Positions 35,623 to 46,700 of a stretch of 64,000 nucleotides of DNA are shown here, one piece after another (position 1 is the stretch's first letter; each line of letters starts with the position of its first letter). The notes under the pieces are model-generated. The model was not told the DNA's origin, did no database searches, and saw only the letters and a program-made list of their open reading frames with translations. Source of the stretch: Thecamonas trahens ATCC 50062 (Eukaryota > Protista > Apusomonadida); contig NW_013657640.1 in NCBI RefSeq assembly GCF_000142905.1, forward strand, positions 185,208 to 249,207, written 5' to 3'. The translations under genes were made by a program, and so were the position numbers.

Positions 35623-36183
35623 ATGGCTGATGGACACGGACCTGGGTGCCGGTGTGGAGGCGAGGGACACGGCGGGCTAGGGCAGACTATGGACGAGCTC
35701 GAGTTCACCCGATCGTTGGCTGGCGCGGCATCGATGGGTGACGTGGATCGGATGCGGGCGCTGCTGGGCGAGAACCGCGGAGGAGTCGATGCCGCCTCGC
35801 CATCGGGCTACACCGCCTTGCACTACGCGGCACGGTTGGGCCGGATGGACATGGTTGAGCTGCTGCTGGCTGCCGGCGCTGACGTGGCCAAGGCGACCAA
35901 GGCTCGGGCGGCGACTGCGCTTCACCGGGCGGCTGCCGCTGGACATGTGGCCGTCGTTGATGCGCTGCTGGCTGCCGGCGCAGATGTGATGGTGGTCGAT
36001 GCCCGCGGTGCTACCCCATTGCATCGGGCGGCTGGGGAGGGCCGGCTGGCGGTGGCCAAAGCGCTGATCGCCTCAGGCGCAGACCTGGCAGCGGTAGACA
36101 ACAAGGATCGCACGCCGGCAGACCTCGCTCGAGAGAACGAGGAAGACAGAGTGGCATCATATCTGGATGACTGTGATCGATGA
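35623..36183 (+). CDS. ANKRD39: Ankyrin repeat protein, ANKRD39-like
   Basis: QTMDELEFTRSL..AA..GD N-terminal signature; GYTALHYAAR, ATALHRAA, ATPLHRAA. Confidence 0.75.
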   Translation: MADGHGPGCRCGGEGHGGLGQTMDELEFTRSLAGAASMGDVDRMRALLGENRGGVDAASPSGYTALHYAARLGRMDMVELLLAAGADVAKATKARAATALHRAAAAGHVAVVDALLAAGADVMVVDARGATPLHRAAGEGRLAVAKALIASGADLAAVDNKDRTPADLARENEEDRVASYLDDCDR

Positions 36184-36431
36184 TTGCCATCGGTTGGCCT
36201 TGGTCCGTGGACACGGTATAAAAGACATGCTGTCATCCAACACACCACGGCCATCACCACGGCCATGACCTCCACGGATCCCTTGTCGTAGACCATGAGA
36301 CACACTAGCCCCCCCCCCCCCCCCCCCCCCCGCCGAGTGCAGTAGGCCACTACTCTGGTGTGGTACCATGGCTTCAGATGGGATGATGTCCGGCTCAGGT
36401 CGTGATGGGGCGGCACCTCTCTCCCCCACAC

Positions 36432-37080
36432 ATGTCGTACTACAACAACCGTCGCCGTGCGTCACCGGCGCAGTCGACAGCGTCTCAGCTTGGCGGCCAT
36501 CGGTCTGGGCGCAAGGACCCACGACTGAATGCCAAGCACCAGAAGATCCTTATGGCACTTCTTAAGCAACCTGAGAATGCATACTGTGCAGACTGTGGTA
36601 TCAAGGGTACGTCATACTATGCCTATACCCATACCCTCTCTCCATGCCATCTCCTCCTGCAGAAGAGAGACGCGATCTTCCACAAGTCAGGGAAAGGGGG
36701 AAGAGGGGGGGTACCCACGCCACAGTGGGAGCTAGTGTGGGCCATGGGGGATAGCCACATCAACCATACTCAGATACCTTGTTGTATACCCTATATACAA
36801 TCCATGTGATGATTTGGGTGGGCTTAATCCCATGTATGCTGCTGGTAGAGGCTGTACATACCCCCCCCCCCCCTGGTGTCCCCCCCCCCCCCCCCCTTCC
36901 TCCAATTTCAATGACTTTGACCAAACAAGGTCATGCCAGGCACAGTGGGGGGCAAGGGGACGGGGACGGGGACGGGGACGGGGAAGGGGACGGGGAAGGG
37001 GAAGGGGAAGGGGAAGGGGAAGGGGAAGGGGAAGGGCAGAGACTCATGGTGTATGGGATGGTGTGTGTGTGTATGTGTAT

Positions 37081-37122
<42 letters not shown>

Positions 37123-37236
37123 GTTCGTGTGTNNNNNNNNNNNNNNNNNNNNNNNNNNNNNNNNNNNNNNNNNNNNNNNNNNNNNNNNNNNNNNNNNNNN
37201 NNNNNNNNNNNNNNNNNNNNNNNNNNNNNNNNGTTC

Positions 37237-37277
<41 letters not shown>

Positions 37278-38867
37278 TTGTTCTGGTGGTCATGGTCCTC
37301 GCAACGGCTTGTGGGGTGCGGATGACTGTGGTATGGGCATGGTGTATGGCTGTGGTATGGGCATGGTGTATGGCTGTGGTATGACTGTGGTATGGGCATG
37401 GTGTATGACTGTGGTATGGCTGTGGTATGGGGGACACGACCTGGCATGGTATGGGGACACGACCTGGGCACGGTGTGGGGGCATGCCATGAACACGACCC
37501 TCTCCTTCGCCCTCGACAACACAGGCCCGCGCTGGGCCTCGGCCAATCTCGGCGTCTTTGTCTGCATCCGCTGCTCGGGCATCCACCGCAACATCGGTGT
37601 CCACGTGACCCAGGTCCGCTCGGTCACGCTTGACACCTGGCTGCCCAAGCAGGTCGAGGTGATGAAGGCCATGGGCAATGCCAACGGCAAGCGGGTGTAC
37701 GAGGCCCGCTATGACGGGCCATCGCCGCGGTTCTCAGAGGGGGAGACCCGTGCCTGCGAGGCCTGGATCCGCGCAAAGTACGAGCGGAAGCAGTACTACA
37801 GCAAGGAGACCCACGACGCCATCCTCGATGCGTACTTTAACCCAAAGGCGCAGCCTGCGACTGCGGCTGCTCCTGTGGCTGCGCCTGCGCCTGCGGCTGC
37901 GGCTGCGCCTGCACCTGCGCCCGCACCTGCGCCCGCGCCTGCTCCGACCTCCACCCCGATGGTGAGCGTGGCACCTGCCGCTGCTGTCGCGGCCCGGTCA
38001 GGCGGCACGCCGTCGACGCCCAATCTTATCGACTTTACGTCGACGCCCACGCCGTCGGCTACGTCTCACTCTTCGGCCGCGTTTGGCTCTGACCCTGCGG
38101 CTCTGTTTGCCGGCACCCCGCCTGCGTCGGGCGCCTCGACCCCTGCCTTCCCGTCGGGCTCGTCGACGCCGCCGGCGATTGGCTCGGCCGCCCCGCCGTC
38201 GGCTACAGCGACGACTGCCGCCGCGCCGGCTCCCACCGCGCCGGCTGCCTCCGGCTCGTGGGTCGAGTCGCTCTTTTTCAACCCGCAGACCGCTGCCCAG
38301 TCGGCGCCGGCCATTATGGCCGTCTCGCCCGATCCACTCGTCTCGGCGCCGGCCGCGCCGGCCAAGCCCAAGCCGTCGACTGACGACATCATGTCGCTGT
38401 ACCAGCCGGCCGCGCCGGCCGCGCCAGCCTTTGGCGCCGGCTTTGGCGCGCCCGCCATGCCGGCCTTTGGCGCCGGCTTTGGCGCCGCGTCCGCCCCGGC
38501 AGCCGCGCCGGCTGCGGCCTTTGGTGGCTTTGGCGCTGCACCAGCCGGCAACCCGGCCGCGGCTTTTGGCTTCCACCAGGCGCCGGCGCAGCAGCAGGCG
38601 CCGGCGCAGCCGCAGCCGCATCAGGCGCAGCTCGCCATGCAGCAGCAGTTTGCGCTGCAGAACATGATGCGCCAGCAGCAGGCGCAGGCGCAGGCCGCGC
38701 AGGCGCAAGCCGCGCAGGCACGCGCCGCATCGATCACCTACGGAGGCGTCGGCCTCGGCGCCGCTGCAGCCCCGGCGCTCACCCCGCTCACCCCGGTCTC
38801 ATCCAGCGGCGGCGGGAGCGCAAAGGCCGCCGACTTGAGCGACGCCTTTGCCGGCCTGTCATGGTGA
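36432..38867 (+). CDS. SMAP-type ArfGAP (exons 36432-36606 and 37525-38867)
   Basis: Spliced CADCGIKG|PRWASANLGVFVCIRCSGIHRNIGVHVTQVRSVTLDTW; WIRAKYE; clathrin-box-like LIDF; DDIMSLY. Confidence 0.9.
36955..37470. repeat. Intronic microsatellite mosaic: (GGGGAC/GGGGAA)n, (TG)n and (GTATGG/CTGTG)n
   Basis: Seen directly inside the ArfGAP intron, flanking an N gap. Confidence 0.9.
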
Positions 38868-38970
38868 AGGAATAGAGTAACATGTGCGGAGGAGGAAGGT
38901 TGATGGACAAAAGTCAGCGTTTGATGAGAGACGGTGGCGGTGCAAGCGACCAGACAGCTTGTAGGCGTGC

Positions 38971-40984
38971 TTACTGCGCGCACGGCCACGGGCACCAGCG
39001 CGAGGCCGAGTGAAGGGTGCCGTTAGCGGCGACGATGACGTTCGACGTGACGGTCTGCAGGTTGAACGTCGGCTTGATGGAGAGCACGTCCCACGCGGCG
39101 TCCATGTTAACGTTGGCGTGGCCAAGATGCTCGAGGTGGTCCATAAGCGGGATGTACCGCTGGTCGAACCACGGCGAGCCGTTGGGCGGCGCGCCCGGAC
39201 CCCACGGGTAGTTGGTCACGCCCACCCACCACTTGCCAGAGTCGACATCGAGCGCGGTGGTGTTGAAGACCGAGTCTGCGGCACGGGCAACAATGATGCC
39301 CTCGTTCTTGGACACGCCCGAGATGGTAAAGTAGACGTCCGACGGGAGGCGGACAGACGAGAGGTACTTGACGGCATCGGCCCACGAGTACCCGGCCGCC
39401 AGAGCGTTGCGAGTGGCAAAGAGCACAAGCGTCGAGTCGTGCTGGATGATGTCGTTGACAATCATCTCCACATACGCCCACAACCCGCCCGGCACAAACC
39501 GGGTGTTGACCGTCGAAGCGTGCCCACCGGGCACGACGCCGGTCAGCGAGCCAAACATCCCGCCGATCATGGTGATCTCGTATGCTGTCTTGCCGCCCTT
39601 GGTAAAGGTGCCGTAAAAGGTGCAGTTCTTGAGCGTGCCAGCAAACGAGAGCCCCGACCAAAAATCGAGGTTGCGCCCGTGGATGACCGACTGCGAGTCG
39701 GGCGTCGCCAGAATCATCGACGTGCAGGCGTCCGACGCCGTGTACGCCACCTGCACAAACGCCAGCCAGCCGGCGTCAATGTCGAGCGCCTTGGCGCACC
39801 CGGCAAGCTCGCCCGAGTACTCAGCAGGGAGGAACTTGTTGATGGTGTTGCCAAACTCGACAATGCGCTTGCCGCCGTCCTCCAGCCCGGCCGCGATCCA
39901 ATCAAACATGTCAGTCAGCTCGTGGATGAACGTCTTGTTGGCGCACACTTGCGCAAACCGGTTCTCCGGCGCCGCGTCGAGGTCGATCGTGTACGATGGA
40001 ATGTCCATCGTCTCCGGATGGTCGTCCGCCCACGGCTGCTTGCAGAAATCGAGCTTGACGCACGTGTTGGCAATCGACACCTTGTCACCAATGTCGTCGA
40101 AAATGGCCGGAAGCGAGGCAACCAGCAGCTTGCACGGGGCCTGGAGCGAGGCCGGCATCCGCGGGCAGAAATCCTACATCACCGCCGCCAGGCAAATGGC
40201 CCACTGTGAGTGGTTACTTGGCTATGTACGTGTTGGCACCAGTATCCTGCCGAAAAAAGGGACAAACTCGCATGCACAGTACTCTCCCCCGCCGCCCTCA
40301 CATCGCCCTCCTCTTCTACCTGCCAGCCCAGATGGCAGCAGTAGCAGCAGCAGTAGCAGCATCAGCAACAGTAGCAGCAGCATCAGCACTTGTATCCCTC
40401 TCCCTTCCACCACCATTCCACCGAGCCATCGCCCAGCCATACCCCCCCTCCCCCCCCCTCCCCCCCACTCACACCAAACTCCCCCCCAAAAACCTGGCAG
40501 CGCATGCATGCTGCCGGCTTTGCGCCCTGCCACAACAACCGGCAAGAAAAGACATGGCGTGGGGCACGTGACCTCCCCTCCCCTCTTCTTCCCTCCCCCC
40601 CCCCCCCCCCCCCCCCCCTTCTAGCTTCCTTGGCTTCCTTGCTCACTTCCTCCGTACCTTGTTGAGCTCGTCCTGGATAAAGGCGACAGTATCGTTCTCC
40701 ATCATGAGAGCAAAGATCTCATTGAATGCGATGGAGCAGAGAGCACAGGGAAGATGATGGCCTTCAGCAACGGCACGGGCATAATCAGCAGAGTCTGCAG
40801 GACGAGGAGAGGACATGGCCAACTCGACAGCTGTCAGGTCGGCTTGGAAGGCAGGCGAGGCAAGCATGGCCTGCGCACGGCTCGCCGCCAAGCTCCGCTC
40901 CACATCCACAGCCATGCCCGAGCACAGCCCTGCAAGGCTCATGCATGCCACGGCAACAACCATAACAATGCTCACGCGCGCCAT
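38971..40984 (-). CDS. Saposin-B domain fused to an acid ceramidase/NAAA-family Ntn hydrolase (exons 40658-40984 and 38971-40173)
   Basis: Signal peptide; CALC...ELNK|DFC...PCKLL...TCVKLDFC six-Cys saposin; YTIDLDAAPENRF; ACTSMI autocleavage Cys; IHGRNLDF; SDVYFTISG; VTNY. Confidence 0.85.
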
Positions 40985-41273
40985 GTTGGGTGAGAGAGTC
41001 AGGTATGACCCCCTCGAGGGGGGGGGGGGGGGTGGCGGCGGAGGTGCGGGCAGGCACGGGCGGCGGGCTGCCTTTTTCGCGGGGATCTGGCGGGTTGGCT
41101 CTGGAGCTCACCTGGGGAGTGATAGGTGGGCGAGGGGAGGGTGATGAAAGTGTGTGGGAGTGTGATAGAGGTGGAGGAGGTACAGGGCTCGAGGAATGAT
41201 CGCAGAATCAAGTTTAGAGTGGAAAACTGGAGGTTGCCAGCCATGGCGAGTGCGGGCTGATGGACCATGCTCA

Positions 41274-42821
41274 CTACTCGATGCGCATCCTGGCCATGCC
41301 AGAATAGCCACCCGAAGAGCCACCCGAAGAGCCGCCCGAAGAGCCGCCACCCGAAGAGCCGCCCGAAGAGCCACCGGAAGAGCCGCCGCCCGAAGAGCCG
41401 CCGCTCGAAGAGCCGCCGGTGGACGAGCCACCAGTGGACGAACCGCCAGTGGACGAACCGCCAGTGGACGAACCGCCGGTTGATGAGCCGCCAGTCGATG
41501 AGCCGCCAGTCGATGAGCCGCCAGTCGATGAGCCGCCGGTCGACTTGCCAGATGAGCCGGTTGAGCCGGTCGAGGTGTAGTTACCCGACGAGCCGCCGGT
41601 CGACGAGTAGCCGGTCGACTTGCCCGAAGATCCACCGGTGGTGTAGTTACCCGACGAGCCGCCGGTCGACGAGTAGCCGGTCGAGTGGCCCGACGAAGTC
41701 GAGTTACCTGTTGACGAGGTGGTACGGCCCGACGACGACACCGGCGATGGAGTCGGAGTGGGGGCCGGCGTGGGGGCAGGGCCGGGAGCCGGGGTCGGGG
41801 CCGGGGTCGGAGCCGGAGTCGGGGCCGGCGCAGGGGTTGGCGATGGACCAGAGCCACCCGACGCGATGCACTGGGCATCAATCTCGCACCGGTTGCCGAC
41901 CTGCGAGCACCAGAGGCTGTTGCGCGCATCTGTAGCAGCCTGCTGGTAGTTGCCCGCCATGATCGCCGACCGCATCGAGGTGAACTGCTCCAAGCCGGCG
42001 CAGCCCATGTTGAATGCCATGTCCGTCAGCGCACCAGCCACCTCCTGCGGCTGGTTCGGCGCCCACGACTCGGCACACTGCTGGAAGATCGGGTACGTGT
42101 CCTGGTTAAAAATCTGCATCACCTGCGACCGGGTCAGGCACTTTTGCGGCTCGTACGTAGGCGTCTCATCGCACGTCACCTCCGGGTGAGAGAACCCACG
42201 GGAGATGACCTCCTGCGCCGTCAGGCCAAACTGCTCCAGAACCTCCGGATGCGCGTTGATGTTGAGGCCAACACTGATGAACGACGACGATGATGACGAC
42301 GACGATGATGACGATGACGATGACGATGGCGATGATGGCGATGATGGCGATGACGATGACGATGACGATGATAGTTGCGAGAGTCAATGGCAATTACGTT
42401 AGTTGGTACATGAAGGGGAGGGAGGGAAGGAAGGAAGGAAGGAAGGAAGGGAGGGAGGGAGAGAGGGAGGGAAAGGCGGACGGGGAGGACTCTCGGCTGT
42501 GCCAGCCCGCCTACATGACCATGCCGTCCGACAAATCGAACACGTCTGATCAAGCCACCGCCACTGCCACGGCCACCACCCCAGCTGAATGGCAGTATAC
42601 ATGGAAATGCCAGTGTGTCTGGAATGGCATGCGTGGAGGACGTACCCAATGGTGGGAATGCCCCGAGAGTCGAGGTAGGCACAGAGCCTGCAGCCCTCGT
42701 TCTGGGCAGTCTGCGAGGGACCGCACTGAGCCTGGGCAGACGGAGTGAGGAGGAGGGCAAGGAGGAGGCAGCTGAGGGCAGCCACAGTAGCCACACGCGA
42801 GGTAGCACCACCACAGGTCAT
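41274..42821 (-). CDS. Secreted T4/phage-type (GH24) lysozyme with a Pro/Thr linker and Gly/Ser/Thr tail (exons 42646-42821 and 41274-42273)
   Basis: Signal peptide; NEGCRLCAYLDSRGIPTIG|VGLN gives E-x8-D-x5-T; ALTDMAFNMG; SLWCSQVGNR. Confidence 0.88.
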
Positions 42822-43098
42822 CGTAGCTTGAATATGCTCCAAGTCAAGCGAGTCCGAGAGAGGAATGGTTGTTCCTCCCGCTCTCTTCTCCTGCCCCCCT
42901 CTCCTACTGCGGCACGCGTGCGTTTGCCACGTAAAAACTTTGCAAAGCATCTGTCATTTTTTTGCGGCACGCGCGGATGGCTCGGACAGCAGGCCTCTGG
43001 GCGCCAGGGGCGCTGGGGTGATCGCCACAGGCCATACTAGTGATCACGGAGAGCAGGTCGCTCAATAGTCGCGGAGAGAAGCCCCTGGCCATCAGCCA

Positions 43099-43700
43099 CT
43101 ACACACGATGGAGATGCTGGAACAGCTGATGCCGTCCACCGACGCCACCCTGCCCGGTATTGGACGGAAGCACGACTTTGCCTGGGACGGCGCCACTTCC
43201 GCTGTGGCGTACCTCCACCTCGCTGCTCGCCAGCACCCCGGCCTTGATCACAGAGTCGCCGTGCGGGATCGAGACGGCCGCCCCGTCGAGCGTCAGTGGC
43301 CGCCACGGGGGCGGCGCCTTTCCGCTCCCGCCAGGAAGCGTGAGATGCGGGGTCCGGTCGACCGCGCCAAAGCTCGTCTGCAGCCGCCGCCCACCGATCG
43401 CCGGCGAGAGCACAGTCGGACCTTGCAGCCCCACAGACGCCGGGGCCACACTCGCCTTGCTCCGTATCGGTGACAGCGGCGCACGCTCACTTTCAGGTGC
43501 AAGCTCCATCTCTCGCCATCGTGCCTCACGCGCTTGCGCCCGCGCGGCCTCTTGCTCCTCCCACAACGCCTGGAGCCGCGCCAGCTCCTCCCGCTTTGCT
43601 GCAAGCAGCGCCTCGGCAGCATCTTCGTCCGCCTCCTCGCTCTCAACAGACTCCTCCGGCACTACATCTCGCTCTGGGACAAGCGGCTCGATATCGTACA

Positions 43701-43757
<57 letters not shown>

Positions 43758-46700
43758 AAGCGGCTGCAGGCTCGGGATCGGCCTCAAGCTCAGGCATGTC
43801 GTCGACAACCGTCTCGGCCCTAGCGCCACCCACAACTTCGACGCCGCGGATCAAGCCACCCAGCTCCCGCTTTGCCTCCTCCAGCACACTTAGCAAAACG
43901 CGGCCCTCACTGTCCTTGGCCTCCTTCTCGAGTTCGATGCCGGCAAGGTACTCCCGAAGCCGTCGGATCTCACGGTCGATGGGGACGAGCTCTGCCCGCA
44001 CATCGTGCGAGAACTTGGCCGCCGCGTCGAGACCCGACTGCGCCTTGGCGAGTTCGACCTGCAAGTCGGCGTACTCTTGGAACAACTCCATCCGCTGGGC
44101 CTCGAGCTCATCCATCCGCGCCGCAGACGCGTGCTCTTCGGTCACAGCCACCAGCTTGTCACGTGCTGCCGCAATTGAAATCCGCAGCTCGTCTAGCTCG
44201 GCGGCGAGGGCGTTGAGATCCTCCTCCGGAATTCGCGCCAGCGTGTGCTCTGTCGACGCAATCTTGTCCTCGAGAACCTCCAGTTCCTTGGTCAGCCGGA
44301 TTCGCTCCATCTCGAGCACTCGCCGCCGTGCACGCCCTTCCACTGTGTCCTCCCCCACCCGAGCAAGGTACACGCCTTCGGCCTCGGCAAGCTTCCGCCG
44401 GGCGTCGGCAACCTGCTCCTCTAGTGACGAGACGTGGACCTCGAGTGCGAGCATGTCGTTTGCCTCGGCCGGGTGGCTCAGACTGTCCACTTCGGCGAGC
44501 CGATCGCACAGCCGCTCCAGCTCCGCCGCCAGCGACGCTTTCTCCATCTCCAGCGTTCGTCGCCGCGCCTTGATCTTGGCCTGCTGCTCGCCGAGCGCCG
44601 CTAGCTGCGCCCCACGCTTGGCCGCAAGCTCGCGCTGCGTCGACGCCACAGTCTCCTGAAGCCGCAAAACTTCAGACTGGAGCATAGCATCATAGTCCGG
44701 CGCGTGCGACGGCGCAAGCTCCTTCAAGAGTGAATGGAGCGGCGACGACTCGGTCGCAAGCGCCTCCAACTGCTCTGCTAGCCGCCGGCTCACCTCTAGC
44801 AGCGTCGCCTTTTCCTTCTCCAGATATGTCCGCCGTGCACGGATCGCAGGATCTTCGCCCAGTTGCGCAAGTGTGAGCCCCTCCCGCCGCGCAAGTTTCT
44901 CCTGCAGCTCTGCTACTTCGGTCCGCAACTCGGCCACACGCCGCTCCTCGGCCTCGAGTCCGTGCTGTGAGCCGGTCGCTGCATCGGCCTGGCCTAGCAA
45001 GCTGTCCATCCGCGACTTGAGCTCCGTCATCTGCGCCTCCAGCAGCGCCCGCTCTGCACCCATTGCAGACATCCGCACCATCGCCATCTGCAGCGACGAC
45101 GCATACGCCGCCTCGCGCTTGGCAACCTCGGTCCGCAGCGCGCTCACCTGCCCTCTCAGAGCCTCATTCTCACCGCCTGCACGAGTGTTCGGCACAGGCA
45201 GCTCCATCGCCAGTCGCTCCCGCAGCGCCTCCAGCTCGGCCTCCAGCACCATCTTCTCTTCCTCATATTGAATCGCTGCAATGTTGAGCGTCGACGCGAG
45301 GCCCGCAGACCGGCCCTCCCGCTCTGCAACCTGCATCCGCACTCGCACCACCTCGGCGCGTAGCGCTGCGTTTGATGACGCCATGTGCTCGTTGCTGGAC
45401 GTCATGTCACCAAGTTGGATTGATGGCTGCGACGCAGCCCGCAGTGCGTTTTCTAGCTCCCGCAGCTGCGCCTTGAGCGCCGCCTGCTCCGCCTGCAGCG
45501 TCGATGCCCGCGCCCGCGCCACCTCGGTCTTGGTCATCGTCTCAAACTCGCGCGCCTTGACATCGCGCTGCGCCTCGGCCACTTGCATCCGCAGCCGCGA
45601 CAGCTCCGCCTCGCTCACTCCGCCGGCCCCGCCACCGCTCATCGCCGCCTCGGCCGCGCCCGCCATGTGCGTCTCGATCTGTGATGTCAGCTGCGCGAGC
45701 GTGTGCTGAAGCTTTGACAGCTCTGCCTCCAGCGCCTCCTTCTCCTTGGCCACCAAGAACTGCCGCGTGCTCTTTTCCTGGCTCCGCTGCGACGCGGCGT
45801 CACGGAGAACAGAAATCCGCGCTCGCATCCCGATCACCGAGTGCCGGAGGCTCGTGTTTGGATCGCCGCTCACCGCATCACCATCGCTCCCAACCCCAGC
45901 CTCCTCTGCCGCAAGTTGCGACAATGCTGCCGAGAGCGAGTCGTACTCGGCCTGCAGCGCCACGCGCTCCGAGTCGTGCATCGCCCGCGACGTGGCCGCG
46001 CTCAGAAGCTTGGACTGCAGTGCGCCGAGTTGAGACCGCAGCTGCAGAACGCGCTCGCGAAGAGGGCCGTTAGGATCCTCTGGCACAGGCGGTATCCGCG
46101 CCTCTTCCGCCAGCGCCGTGTTCAGCGCCTCGATTTCTGTCCGCAGCCGTGCTCCAATTGCCTCGTGGAAGGCCTGCGCAGACGCGGCCCGCTCTTCCGC
46201 AGCACGGAGCGATTCTTCGCGGACCAGCAGTTTCTGCTTCAGCGCAATCACCCGCGCCCGCAGCTTCTCGTTTGGATCTGCCAACCCGGCCTCGGCCTTT
46301 GGCGTTGCCATCTTGGCCAGAGTCTCCTGCAGCTCGGTGAGCTCGGTGGACAGCGCCTCGGCCTCCAGCTTGGTCAGCAGCGCAGCTGATCGCGCCTCCA
46401 TCCGCTCAGACTCGGCGTGCGCCACCGCTCGCCGGGCCGCAGTCAGATCGTCCTGGATCTCGCGGATGGAGTCGAGCGACTCTAGCCGGTCGGCGTTGAG
46501 CTCTTGCAGCGCCGCCTTTTCTTCGTCTAGCGACCGCCGCTGCGCCCGCATCGACGCCTGCAGCGAAGCCTTTTCCTGCAGCATCACCTCCAGGTTGGCC
46601 TTGACCGCCTTGCTCTCGGCCTGCGCCTCGGCAAGTTCGTTACGAAGGCCGCTTAGCGTCTCGCGGAGCTCGTTGATTTCTGTTGTGTAGTCCTTGAACT

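Noticed and set aside
42280-42375. (GAT/GAC)n read as a poly-Asp or poly-Met ORF
   Set aside because: Microsatellite inside the lysozyme intron
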